This document shows, in pieces, positions 14,616 to 27,840 of a stretch of DNA of 64,000 bases. The DNA lies in assembly GCA_951406725.2 (NCBI GenBank), contig OX597815.1, positions 109,616,001-109,680,000 of the forward strand, read 5' to 3'. How positions within the stretch are numbered: position 1 is the first letter of the stretch; each line of letters begins with the position of its first letter. Below the pieces are notes generated by a model. That model searched no databases, was not told the origin of the DNA, and saw only the letters and a program-made list of their open reading frames with translations. The position numbers and the translations under genes are program-made. The stretch is from Octopus vulgaris (taxonomy: Eukaryota).

Positions 14616-14728
14616 AGGAGGTACTATGTGGTAAGAAGCTTGCTTCCCAGCCACATCGTTCCGGGTTCAGTCCCACTGCGTGATACCTTGGACAAATGTC
14701 TCCAACTATAGCCTCGAGCCGACCAAAT
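14616..14728 (+). mobile_element. Family-B SINE 5' half
   Basis: GTGGTAAGAAGCTTGCTTCCCAGCCAC...GGTTCAGTCCCACTGCGTG...GCCGACCAAA aligns to the 60836 copy. Confidence 0.8.
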
Positions 14729-15019
14729 CAAAGACGAAGCTTTCCGCTATGTGGAATTTATTTATGACTACTGTTCGTAACAGAACAATTAGACAAAATG
14801 AGTCAAAATGTCAAACAACATTTCCATATATTCACTTATTTTCTAATTTGGAACGCTCTTAGGCCCTTGTTTTCTTCTCATTCCTTTAAGTTCGATGCAG
14901 TAAATACTACACAAATACAGGGGTCATTTCTAACGGATTTCTTTCCTATCCCATAAATTTGTAGCCTTCTCCCAATAACGAGAATCAATAGTTATTATAG
15001 ACACTCTACATTGGAAATG

Positions 15020-15493
15020 TGAAGACCGATGACCTAATGGTTATAGCATTCAGATCATGAACATTCAAGTCATAAGAACATGGGTTTAACTCTTGAGCCA
15101 GGTACTCGTAGCTTTGAGCAGAACACATCATTTCATGTTGCACTAGTGTACTCAGCTAGAGATGAATGCCAGCCGTATACTAACAGCAGATCCCTTTCTC
15201 GCTCTCTCCCAGATGATGAACGAAACACTCATGTTTCCACAAGTGAATTAGTCAAACCCCAAAGAATTCCTCTCAGCACATGGCTATGATACTCCTTCAC
15301 TACCACCGTTCGTAATCGTGGTCAGTTACTAAGCGACATGCTCAACTGGTTATGGTCAAGCAAATCTGTGGTATTGTACAGAATATTTGCTGTATCCCAT
15401 CTTTTACAACAATGCTAAACATGTACATGATAGCACTTCCAATCAGTTAAGACCGGAAGCCATGAAAGTCACAGCTTGGAACCGCATCAGCGC
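15020..15493 (+). mobile_element. Decayed tRNA-headed SINE-like repeat
   Basis: TGACCTAATGGTTA head and a CATTTCATGTTGCACTAGTGTACTCAGCT body similar to the 32411 copy, followed by a distinct tail. Confidence 0.45.
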
Positions 15494-15710
15494 AAGGAGG
15501 TGAGCTGGCAAAATCGTTATCACGCCTGATAAGATGCTTAGCTGTATTTCCTCCGTCTTTATGCTCCGAGATCACATGCTGTCGGGGTAGACTTTACCTT
15601 TTATCCTTTCATGGTCGATAAGATAATACCAGTTGAACGCTGGGCTCGATGTAATCGACTTACCTACTCTATCCTGAAATTGCTGGTCCTCTACCAAAAT
15701 TTGAAAGCAA
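15494..15710 (+). mobile_element. Family-C SINE ending in (AAT)n
   Basis: Aligns with 16108-16270. Confidence 0.75.
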
Positions 15711-15712
15711 GA

Positions 15713-15713
15713 C

Positions 15714-15769
<56 letters not shown>

Positions 15770-15815
15770 CAACAACAACAACAACAACGACGACGACGAT
15801 GATGATGATGATGAT
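15713..15815 (+). repeat. Compound microsatellite (AAT)n-(AAC)n-(GAC)n-(GAT)n
   Basis: Directly visible. Confidence 0.95.
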
Positions 15816-16056
15816 CTTGTCTACAATAGGCACATGGTCTGAAATAGGGACAACCTTTACGTTTGACTCTCGTAGCTGCCGCATCGTTTCGATCACAATT
15901 CTCAGGCTACGCATATGTCCCTTTTTTTCAGTGCATACCGTGTATACTTACTTTTTTTTTTAACATTTCATTATATGTAAACACTTTATGTCTTTCGCAC
16001 TTGTAGAAAATAAATCATTATTATTATCATTATTCTTATTATTATTAAGGCCACAA

Positions 16057-16630
16057 ACTGGCAGAATCATTCGCACGCTGGACGAAATGCATAGCGGTAT
16101 TTCGTCCGAGCTGGTAGAAACGTTAGCACGCCGGGCGAAATGCCTAGCGGTATTTAGTCTGCCGTTACGTTCTGAGTTCAAATTCCGCCGAGGTCGACTT
16201 TGCCTTTCCATCCTTTCGGGGTCGATTAAATAAGTACCAGTTACGCACTGGGGTCGATGTAATCGACTTAATCCGTTTGTCTGTCCTTGTTTGTCCTCTC
16301 TGTGTTTAGCCCCTTGTGGGTAGTAAAGAAATAGGTATTTCGTACGCCTTTCCATTCTGAGTTCAAATTCTGCCGAGGTTGCCTTTGCCTTTCATCCTTT
16401 CGGGGTTGATAAATTAAATACCAGTTACGCGCTGGGGTCGATGTAATTGATTCATCTCCTCCCCGAAAATTTCTGCCCTTGTGGCAAAATTTGAGGCCAT
16501 TATTATTATGTTTATCATTATGAAGAGAACGATGGATTGGTAGAATCGTTGGATCGTCGGACACAATGCCTCGAGCATGTTTTTCGGAACTTTAGGTTTT
16601 AAATTCAAATCCTGTTGAGTTTAACTGAGC
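16057..16630 (+). mobile_element. Cluster of tandem or nested family-C SINE copies
   Basis: Repeated GCTGG.AGAA.CGTTAGCACGCCGGGCGAAATG head, TGAGTTCAAATTC B box, and core GCCTTTCATCCTTTCGGGGTCGATAAATTAAGTACCAG-like sequence. Best copy 16108-16345. Confidence 0.85.
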
Positions 16631-17469
16631 CCTCGATTTAATGGAATGTGCCGTTATCCAAATATATTTGACCTGGCGCCATATGTTGTAAACCAGTGTA
16701 TTTTTTTAATCATGAGCCACTGTCAACAGGGGATTGGATATCGGATAGTACTTATATGGTAATAAAGACGTATAGGAAATATATTTGAAATTATGAAATG
16801 AATTGAGAAAAAACAAATGTAAAAAGTAAGGGAGGAAAGCAACAAGAAGAGAAATATATGGCGAAGGGAATAGATAAATAGTAAGAGAGAGAGAGAGGGG
16901 GGGAGGAGAAGGGGAAGAAAGTGAGGGAGAGAAGGACATGATTTAATACGTAAAGCAAATAAAACGGAAGAAAAGAATATCTGGAAAGATAATAGGGAAG
17001 GAAGAAGAAAAGAAGAAAAACAGAAGACAAACAGAAATAAAGGAAGGTAAGAAGGAAAGGAAGAAAGGAAGAAAAGCAAGGAGAAAGGCAGGAAAGGAGG
17101 AAGGAAGTGTTGTTTAAATACAAAAGGATTATTAGAGTTTAGACTGTTTAAGTGGTTTAAAAGTCGTTCAATTGCCAGAGGTAGGGCAATTAAGATACGC
17201 TATATGTATAATACGTGGGAAATGTCGATCGCCACTTCTCATACTCATATTTACGAGCGTACATATACACACATAGATATACACAGGTAACTCATATATA
17301 CTGATACACACTCATACACGATCACACACGCACCGACACACAAGCACGTGTAATATGTATGATGTATTATGCACATACACACACACGTATACATACATAT
17401 AAATACACACATACATGTGTGTGTGTACTTGTATATACACATGTATGTACATATGTGTATGTATATATG

Positions 17470-17501
<32 letters not shown>

Positions 17502-17582
17502 TATATATATATATGTTATATATACATTCGTATATACATGCACACATATACATGTATGTATGCATATATGTATGCATATATC

Positions 17583-17615
<33 letters not shown>

Positions 17616-17619
17616 TATA

Positions 17620-17733
<114 letters not shown>

Positions 17734-17760
17734 GGTTGAAAAGGAACACACGAGTGGAAA

Positions 17761-17913
17761 TATATGGAAAAAAAAGTCAGGGTAGAAAATGCTAAAATAA
17801 TTTTATAAAAAACATTTCAGTACCGGTTTCAGTCATTGATATTTTTTCAACTATAAGTATGGAAAACAATTATAAAATTATTTTACCATTTTCTACCTTG
17901 GCTTTTTTTCCAG

Positions 17914-17918
<5 letters not shown>
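17761..17918. mobile_element. Mini fold-back element (~48-bp arms) enclosing a degenerate minimal hammerhead (- strand)
   Basis: TATATGGAAAAAAAAGTCAGGGTAGAAAATGCTAAAATAATTTTATAA versus TTATAAAATTATTTTACCATTTTCTACCTTGGCTTTTTTTCCAGATATA. The spacer on the minus strand reads TAG-TTGAAAA-AATATCAATGACT-GAAAC-CG-GTA-CTG. Confidence 0.65.
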
Positions 17919-17993
<75 letters not shown>

Positions 17994-18024
17994 ATGAATG
18001 TATGAATGTATGTATGTATGTGTG

Positions 18025-18210
18025 TGTTTGTGTATTTAGATTTGTCCCCCACCACTGGGGACGATTTGTTCGACGAAAAGGCGGTGCTCCAGCATGACTG
18101 CAGTCAAATGACAGAAACAAATAAAAGAATAAAAGAATATACGAAGTTATTCTTTTACTTCAATCATGTCTTCAATCATGTCTCTGCGGCCATGCTGGAG
18201 CACCGCTTTA
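18025..18210. mobile_element. Family-B SINE tail plus an adjacent inverted tail fragment
   Basis: AAAGGCGGTGCTCCAGCATGACTGCAG (18077) and CTGCGGCCATGCTGGAGCACCGCTTT (to 18209) are inverted copies. Confidence 0.7.
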
Positions 18211-18521
18211 AATATATACACTTATACATCCATACACACAGCCAGTTACACAAATACAAAAAACACATGCATACAGTCACATACACACATTCTCTCTCTC
18301 TCGCTCTCTCTCTCCCTTTCTCTCTCTCTCTCTCAGAGGACCTTTGAGTCACACATGCATATTTAAACGCGTACACATAAATATGCACTCACTTATACAC
18401 ACACATACACACACGCAAAATCGTTCACAAACAACTTGTAAAACCATTTGCAACACCTAATCATACACTTATACATATATCTTCTTTAAAATACTCATAG
18501 ACATGTCAGTGTGTACGCAGA

Positions 18522-18571
<50 letters not shown>

Positions 18572-18779
18572 CACACAACATATTCTCATTCATTTATCAA
18601 TCTTTGGACTGCGAGAAATAGTAGCCAAAATCACCCTGAAATCACACTCTGCAGCCTTGACAGAGAATGTGTTTCTAATCATAAGCAAAAATTACTGCGA
18701 GTGCACAAGGCCCTTCAGCTGCATTTTAAGCTCGTATTGACCAGGGTGGGAAAGCTGGGGAACTGCACTAGACTCTAGT

Positions 18780-18945
18780 TTGATTTGGCATGATTTCTAC
18801 GGCTGGATGCCCTTACATTTAATGCCAACCATTTTACAGAGTGGAGCTGCTGCTTTTACGTAGCAGTGTCACCTGTGCTTTTTATCACCAGAGCGACCGG
18901 TCTTAACACTCCTGCTGTGGAATGTGGGTCTTCTTGGGTACAGTA
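18780..18945 (-). mobile_element. RTE-type LINE/SINE 3'-tail fragment
   Basis: TTTCTACGGCTGGATGCCCTT...AATGCCAACC is the reverse complement of the GGTTGGC...AAGGGCATCC.GCCGTA motif typical of RTE-associated tails. Confidence 0.5.
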
Positions 18946-18966
18946 TATATGTGTACACACACGCAC

Positions 18967-19012
<46 letters not shown>

Positions 19013-19323
19013 GTAAAACATATACACATATACATGTGTGTATGTTTATGTATTTTTACACAATCACATCTAACTCATCCGTATTATATTAGGCAGATGC
19101 CTAATATGCTCAGGTATATGTCCGTGCCCATGCGTCTGTATATTTGTTTTTGTTATTGTTTAGGCCGAGATGAACGTGATCGATCAGTCAGTCCTACGAT
19201 CAAAAGTTTGCTCATCGTGGCGATTCTTTCAAAGCAGAGTATAAATTAAACAGTTAGCTGCCATTTGTAGCAGGTCGAATGATTGTATAGAGACTCAGTG
19301 CCCCGCATTTTGTCAGCCCCACA

Positions 19324-19324
<1 letters not shown>

Positions 19325-19408
<84 letters not shown>

Positions 19409-19514
19409 GTGTCTGTCTTTCTGAATGATTGTCAGTTTGTCTGCCTGTCTCTCTTTCTCTCTCTCTCTTTCTCTTGTCTCTGTCTGCTTGTCTCTCTGTC
19501 TGTCTCTCTCGCTT

Positions 19515-19556
<42 letters not shown>

Positions 19557-19580
19557 CCTCTCTCCCTCTCTCTCTTCTCC
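19325..19580 (+). repeat. (CT)n-rich polypyrimidine microsatellite
   Basis: Directly visible. Confidence 0.95.
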
Positions 19581-20880
19581 TCTATATGTTTGTATCTTTG
19601 TCTGTGTGTTCTTTATGGTGAACGGTTGTGCTTACGTGCAGGTATAGAAGAAATTCGTATTGAAATATGAAAACAAAAATAGGTTACAGCATCTGAAAAA
19701 CGTCGTGAAAACAATTTGAATGGTTGCCAGACTATTGTGCTTGAGATTTTTTTGAGGGGTGGGGTGTAGTCACACACACACACATGCAGACACACACTCT
19801 CTCTCTTCCTCCCTCCCGCTGTTTATATATATATATATATATACCACATACACGTACATAAATACATACATCCATAAAACATACCACATCCTTCTTTGTA
19901 TAGTGAGCCGGTGAAGGTGCCACTCTGCTGTAACTCAATCCACTGGAAATAGAAGCCAAAACTGTCGCCTTAAAAGTGAAATAATACAGTAGGCAGAATT
20001 ACCTAACGCGCAAAAAACCTAGATGACCTCCGTCGGATGACTTGAACTTTTGACAACAAATCTCACTGGTCCACTGGGCTTCGTTTGGGTCTAGACAAAA
20101 ATACAGGTGCTGGCGTTTACTATTATTTATTTAAAGTAATATTTTAAATTTCCTAACCCTCATCTGAAATATCTTCTGATACTTCATTGCTCTGACGTTA
20201 ACTCGAACGCAGCTCTGATTAAAGAAGCACATAGCCAAGAGTGTTCAAGCCATAAACCGTCATGTCCTTCTACAAGGCAAACTTATATCTGGGATCATGC
20301 ATGAGATCATTTTGGATACAGATGTCTAGTTCAAGTTATAAACAGAATACGGCGAGATTTTACAGAGAGTTAGTTACAAGTTCAATCTTAATGAGGGCCA
20401 CATGAAGATATTATTTTGCTTGATAGTAAAACTTTAACGGGGAATTGCTTTGGTATGTGATCTGTCGTTAACAGCTTTTTTTTCATCTAAAATGTTTGAA
20501 TGATCGTTATACTTGCGTAATATATATGTGATGTTACTTCATCTAACCAAAGGGTATAGGTGAATATGCGTTTATTTAAAGTGTGGCTGTTATCTTAAAG
20601 TCATGGTTAAAGGACCGTTATATAAAACTATAGTTACATGAACTCTTTACATTACACTACCTTTTAATTGATTGCTATGTGGTTAATAACCGAGTTCGTT
20701 AGAGGAGCTTACTGTGTTGACCTCACAACTCACTGGATCCATATATTTTACTACTAATATATATATATATTAAAGATTATTTGCCAACATAATGTAGCAG
20801 TTCTGGCTATACGACACGCTTTCTGCGTCCCTATATTTTTGAACAAAAGAGCTTAGCGTCCCCACTCAGCTCATATATAC

Positions 20881-20967
<87 letters not shown>

Positions 20968-21132
20968 AGAGAGAGAGAGAGGAGGGAGGGAAAATATGAG
21001 GGGTTTAGTTCACTTGTGATCTAAACGAATAGAGACGCTATGTATGTGCTATAATTGGTCATCTCCGTTAGGTCCCAAGTTTATAGATGAGGCTGGAGCT
21101 AGGGATCCGTAGTTGGCTTCCGAGTTAGCAGG

Positions 21133-21825
21133 TACATACTAGAGGAAAATGTACAACAAAACCATAGTAGGACGAGTATCTCAAGTCATTTAGAAAATGT
21201 TATTAGAGTAAGGTGAATCTGAGGTAATTAATTAGTTAATTAATTAATCATTGGATGTCTTACAGTTTTTTCTGAGGTTTCCCAAGGGTTAGGTTAGCAT
21301 CTCTTTACGTTATTAATAGTTTTAAAGATGTCAGCTTCGAATTTATCCAGCTGACAGCTGTGAGAAGGATTGCTGTTGGATCTAAGGTTATATTTACCAA
21401 TGCTACTATCATCGACTTTGTGTCTATTATCGTAGAAGAAAGCCCTCCATCTCATCTATCTGATAAGGTCTTTAATTTTGCTAAGTAAAAATAGGAGGAA
21501 AGTATTTTGAGATAGAATGGGTATGTCTTCTACGATAATAGACACAAACTTGATGATAGTAGCATTAATAAATATAATTTCGGTTCTACAAAAATCCTCC
21601 TCACAACCCTCAGCTGGATAAATTCGAAGCTGATATCTTTAATATGATTAAGAACTTATGGTAATGCTAACCTATCACTTGGGATATCCAAGAAACAGGT
21701 GTAAGAATCCAATAATTAATTAATTAACTAATTACTTCAAATTCACATTACTCTAATGAAATATTCTAAATCACTTGAGACAATCGTCCTACCTTGGTTT
21801 TTTGTCCTTTTTCTTCTACTATGTA
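21133..21825. mobile_element. Fold-back (inverted duplication) of a Penelope-like element fragment
   Basis: Arms ~21133-21439 and ~21526-21825 are diverged reverse complements. They translate to LIR*MRWRAFFYDNRHK..YNLRSNSNP..QLDKFEADIFKTINNV and ..NPPHNPQLDKFEADIFNMIKNL, resembling the N-terminus of PLE ORFs (RMRWKA.FF...PP...L..FE.DL..MI.NI). Confidence 0.8.
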
Positions 21826-21940
21826 TATGCATATATATGAATGTATGCATGTATGTATGCATTATGTGAGTGTGTTTGTGCCTGTGTGTGTGTGTGTATG
21901 TCTGTGTGTGCGTGCGTGCATGTATGTATGTACGTATGTA

Positions 21941-22190
21941 TATGGTTCAAAATCTAGGAAAAAAAGCCCCACAAACCAGAAGACAGAGACGAGTAAAGGT
22001 ACACCAAGCAAGGTGTATTAGTTTGACACTCAGGCAAAATGGAAGAGCTTTTGACGTTTCGAGTCTACGCTCTTCTACATGAAGCAATAAGAAAAGAAAA
22101 CATCGGAGAGAGGTAAAAAATTTAAAAATATGGAGATTATAAAAACGTCTTTCGATTAACGGTTTCATGAAGGTACATATACCTGCGTAG
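21941..22190 (-). mobile_element. Dispersed repeat (PLE pLTR-like) with hammerhead-like motif; same family as 53560-53730
   Basis: Shares TATTAGTTT.AC.CTC.G...CTTT.ACGTTTCGAG..TACGCTCTTC.ACA with the 53.6-kb copy. Confidence 0.6.
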
Positions 22191-22606
22191 GTGCGCGTGT
22201 GTATGTGTGTGTACGTGCGTGCGTGTGCGTGCGTGTGTGTGCATGTGTGTGTGTGTGTGTGTGTGTGTATACGTTGATGACAATGGAAAATGCAGAAAAT
22301 TAATTGTTGTTTCAGCACTTGAAAAAATCCTCGAACTGCACAAAGATCGTACAATTAAAATGTCCGCGGCATTGAACATTGAAATCGTTAAAGTAAATTT
22401 GTTACTTTATAAATGTGTTGAGCTAGTCTTTCCGTTGAGACAATCACACCAAGTACACAATGCCTCTCTCTTTTTCTCTCTCCATATATATATATATATA
22501 TATTGATAAAAATGGTAAGACTACGAAAGAATGAAAGAGACCTCGATATTATGTAAATATTATTTTATACATACATACACACATGCATGCATACATACAT
22601 ACATAC

Positions 22607-22716
<110 letters not shown>

Positions 22717-22930
22717 CTGGGTTTGAAACTCTGAATTCTGAGATGTAAAATGGCCATAACTAATACATACAATAAATTTATTCCATCAAAGGTATCGAGT
22801 TCCCTTCATTCCGTCCGTAAACCCAATTTGTATGTGGAAATACTTGAAAATATACAATCACGATTGCATATGTGAGTGTGGTGCGTGTGTGTGTGTTTAC
22901 GTGTGTGTGTGTGCATGCGTGCGTGCGTGC

Positions 22931-22963
<33 letters not shown>

Positions 22964-23279
22964 CGCGCGCGCCAGTGTGTATGTGTGTAATGTATTACTC
23001 TGAGAGGATTTATAAGACCCATTTACTTTGAGGTCAAATAGACGCGTCATGTGAGTCTTCATAAGTCATTAGATGTTTTAACATATCGGAACGATAGCGA
23101 TACGCTTTCGCTTGAATAATGTATGATCTCTCGGCTTGTTGATATAATGGCTGTCGATGAGGTAGACAACAGCAAGAACAACAACAAAAACAGCAAGCAC
23201 GATAACTACGGACGACCACCATGATGATAATGACTGCGACTACGACGTCTTATGACACTGATGGTTTCGGTGGTGATGG

Positions 23280-23490
23280 CTGTTGTTGTTGTTGTTGTTG
23301 TTGTTGTTGATGGTAGTGGTGGTGGTGGTGGTGTTGGTGGTGGTGGTGGTGGTGGTGGTGTTGGTGGTGATGGTTGGTGGTGGTGATGATTATGATGTTG
23401 ACGATAATAGCGATGATGGCAACAGTGGCGATAACGCTGATGTCAGTAAAGGAAATGGTGGAGCTGATGATGACGATGATGATGATGATG

Positions 23491-23572
<82 letters not shown>

Positions 23573-23575
23573 TGA
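23280..23575 (+). repeat. Compound (GTT)/(GGT)/(GAT)/(GAC) trinucleotide repeats
   Basis: Directly visible. Confidence 0.93.
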
Positions 23576-24680
23576 TCTGGAGGGCACCAAGGTATAAAGT
23601 AGAGATGTCATTAAAGTGGTAGAAATGAACGAAAATGTCAAAAATAAATAATGTCTACTACGATGATGACGATATTGATGGTAACAATAATTAAGACAAA
23701 GATACTTTGTCTTACACGTATTTTTAGAATTCCAGGTCAACTATGACCAAGGAGATACGTGATCACAGACTTTCCAACGTGACCTATACCTTCTATTAAA
23801 GCTTATCTAGGAACATACTATCCAGTATGTCGGCATTTCTTTTCAAGACGGTATAGTTTTGAATTGATGACTATTTATCGGTTATTTCTATCAGGTCGAC
23901 ACTCCATGATTGGTCATTATAAGCCACATACTTCTGCTATTGCTTGTCACAGAGTGCAGCTGCTTGTGTTACTGGTTGTATATGAGTATGTATGTGTGTA
24001 TGTATGTGTGTATGTATGTATGTATGTATGTATGTATGTATGTATGTATGTGTGTATGTATGTATGTATGTATGTATGTATTATGTATGTATGTATGTAT
24101 GTATGTCTGGAGAGGGAGACAGAATGAGAAAGTAAGAGGAAGAAAGAGAAGGAGAAACAAATAAATAATGGGTGAATTGGTAAGGCAGTATCAACGAATC
24201 TCCGATCATTAATCATTAATTCAATAAGACATCAAAGTTTTATCATAGCGTGACATTGTAGTGGACTGTGTGAGTGTTGATGATGATGGCGTCGGTATTC
24301 GTAGAGGTAGTAGTAGTAGTAGGTGTGTGGAGTGAGGTGTGGGAGACATGGTTAAGGATTTGTTGATGTCTTCAACTTGCTTTATGTGCTCAGTTTAAAT
24401 CTCCCGAAGAGGCGAGCAAGCATCAGATGTCGCTAGATTTGAAAGGGGATATGTTTGTGTGTGGTGTGAAAATATATACTTTCTATAAATCGAAAATAGA
24501 TATGTATATTTCCTATATACTACATATAAGCATGTGTGTGTGCGTGGCGGGTGCGTGCGTGTGAGTATGTGTGTTTGTATGTATGTATACATATGGAGAG
24601 TCGGATTATATCTTTGTCTATGTGCGCGTTCGTTATTATAAGCTGGTTGACCAAACTGAAGTATATCCTCGTGCATCTGC

Positions 24681-24887
<207 letters not shown>

Positions 24888-26063
24888 GTTTCTCCTCAGT
24901 CTTGTCGACGTCATTCTCAAATTCGTCATAGTTGGCTTAAATTTTGTCATCATCAGTTTCAATTACCTTGTCATCTGTCTTGATTTCGTCATCGGCAACT
25001 TAAATGTCAGGAATAGAGTTTGACATCTGTGAATATTTATCACACAATCGTTAAAGAATGTAGATTTTAGAAAGCCGCTTCAAGGATTACAAGTATTGTA
25101 TAATAAAACTTGTCGTACTGAACATTATTATAAATAAACCCATTTTGTACACCAGATGTAGATAAAATACATACTATACTACAGGTATATACAACACGAC
25201 AAAACTGAATGAAATCAGTTTAATTTTTTATTCCTTATTTCCATTCTTTTAACTCTCACAACATTCCTAAAATATCGAGCTCCGACAGTCATGCTCTACC
25301 TGTTAGAAATAACAATTAATTCTCCTCCATATTGTGCCCTACCACCTTAATAGATGAGGCCTCCTTCAAAATAATGTAGCCCTAGTTATAGAACTCCAGA
25401 ACATAATTTGGGATGGTAAACTATACCAATCAGTCTTCTGCTGGTTATAAGACGTCGGTGTATGTATTGACTATTTTCTTTTCTGTTGTTATTGCTTAGA
25501 CCAAGTCATCTGTCATTGGCCAGGCCTATGACGAATCACTTCTATCTTGCCTTTCTCTTTATTTTGAGGACTTATATGATCAATATTTTAGGAAGATTCC
25601 TCAATTGCCATACTTGTTAAGCTGTTACAAATTTACTAACTTAAACTAGCTTGACCTCAGTGTTAATTTTCACTTTACTGTTCCGGTCAAATTTAATCCA
25701 TGTCTTCCTTCCAGTAAATTCCAGAAAGTGAATAAAAATTTGTGAATTGACATTTAAGATCGAAATTAAGCAATATATAGACATCACCAAGGGGAAGAAC
25801 AGATCAACCGTAGGTAAAGTCTACTCGTAGATATGACTATGTTGTTAAGAATGTGATGTCGTAAACTCGTAGTTACGAGATCAATCCCACACTTCGACAC
25901 TTTGAGTAAGCGTCATGTACATGAAATTGGTGCTTGAAATCGATGCAAAAGTGCATCAGGTAGACTTCATGTTTAGTATCGTGCTGTTGCCCTTGTTTGC
26001 CTTTAACTGAGTCCAATTTGTTGCATTCATTCTGATCTTCTCTCCAACTCGAGGATTACACAA

Positions 26064-26101
<38 letters not shown>

Positions 26102-27774
26102 CGTGTCTGCGTATCCTTGTGTCTACGGACTACACAAAGTGTGGTATTGCTGTATCCTGCTGTAGCAACCTGTGAGTTGTTGATTCTTCCACCCTTTGCG
26201 CCAGATTTGGAGGTCTATACAAAAATAGTGCACGGCCCTTCTTTGTCAAGTTTTGTTTTTTAAATAAGCTCACTTACGAGTCTTACACAAGCATCTATTC
26301 AATGGCGGTTGATTAAATATTTGATCGTCTACCATTTCAGCTACTCAAATTACGAGTTAAGGCCACTCTGTCAGAAATGTAGCTAAATCCCCCTGAAATC
26401 ACAACCAGTCCTAAAAAGACGGGATGGTCACAAGTGGAATACTTTAATTAGATGTCCGTCTGCTATAGCAGACTTTGATCCAAACAACAACTTGTTACAT
26501 TATATACTGTAAATTGTTTCTGCTTATTTTAACAGTATTACATCGGTAGATATCAACCCAAATTTTCCTTCACTTCTTGTTTTATATTATCGGCTTTCCT
26601 AGTATGAGAATCGGATGAAATAACACTGTTAGGTGAACGAACGCTTCTATAATCGCCCTTATTCAGTACTGTTGAATAAAGCAACGCTCATTAATTTTAT
26701 AGTGACTTCATTACTTATAATAGTGAGTTGCATTATATATTACGTGCCTATTTTTTTTTTATTTTGTAGAATGAAATAACCATTAGTGTTAAAAAAAACA
26801 TTGGTAATAACACAGTGTCAATGATCTGTGATGAACCAATCGCTAACTGGTTACTAACAGTTAACAGCAATGACTGCCGTCTACTTTCACTTTTGATCTT
26901 TTTCAAAGTTGCCACTAGGTCTATATATGTGTATACGAGCGTTATTTCATTTATATATGGTATTTTTTTTACATTTGTCTGCGGAAGCAAGATTATTGCA
27001 ATTGTTAACAGAACTGCAGTCATGAAATAGCAGGTTCATTCCCGCATCGCGGTGCCTCGGCAATAGTCTTCTATGATTGCTCTGTGAGTAAAATTAGACG
27101 GACGGAAACAGTCTGTATCGTTAAAAGAATCGATATTTCGTTCAAAGAGTATAAAGGCTGTGACACTGATTCTGTTTTTAATATCACATTAAGTCAACAT
27201 GTCTTTGAGTAATTTAGAATCTATTTCCATTGTATGTCTGACTCTTTGTGTGTGTGTGTGTTATTGTGTCTGTACTTTTCACTTCTTTCCATTCAAAACA
27301 ACAGGAATTTTCATCATTCATTCTGAAGGAACACCTTGATGCCTATCTCCTATTGGCCTCGGCAGCCACAAAGTTCCCGCAGCAGTCGTAGACAGCTGTC
27401 TTCATGAATGGTGGGGGATTTTTTTCCTCAAACTAAAGACCAGTGGGAACTGTTAGATAATACATTCATTTATTACATTTGTCTCATGACAAATAAAATC
27501 CATGAACTACCATTGTGTTTAACTGTCTTGATTCATGTCCACGACTCGACACGCTTTTCATTTTGTTGCATTTTTATCTCTGTTTGGTCACCAACTTTCT
27601 CATCGCCTCTTCCTATGGTTGTTTGCACACATGCACACACAAATAGCGGTAGATATATGTATATGACTGTGTATGCATACAGTGAGTACACACACACATA
27701 CACACACACAAACACACACACACATATGTATATATATATATATACATTCATACATATAAATACATGTATGTATA

Positions 27775-27825
<51 letters not shown>

Positions 27826-27840
27826 ACACATATATATATT

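Noticed and set aside
20303-20322. Partial match to bantam miRNA (TGAGATCATTTTG)
   Set aside because: Only the first ~13 nt match and there is no suitable upstream hairpin arm; likely chance.
23283-23740. Poly-Asp/Val/Ser ORFs
   Set aside because: Compound trinucleotide microsatellite.
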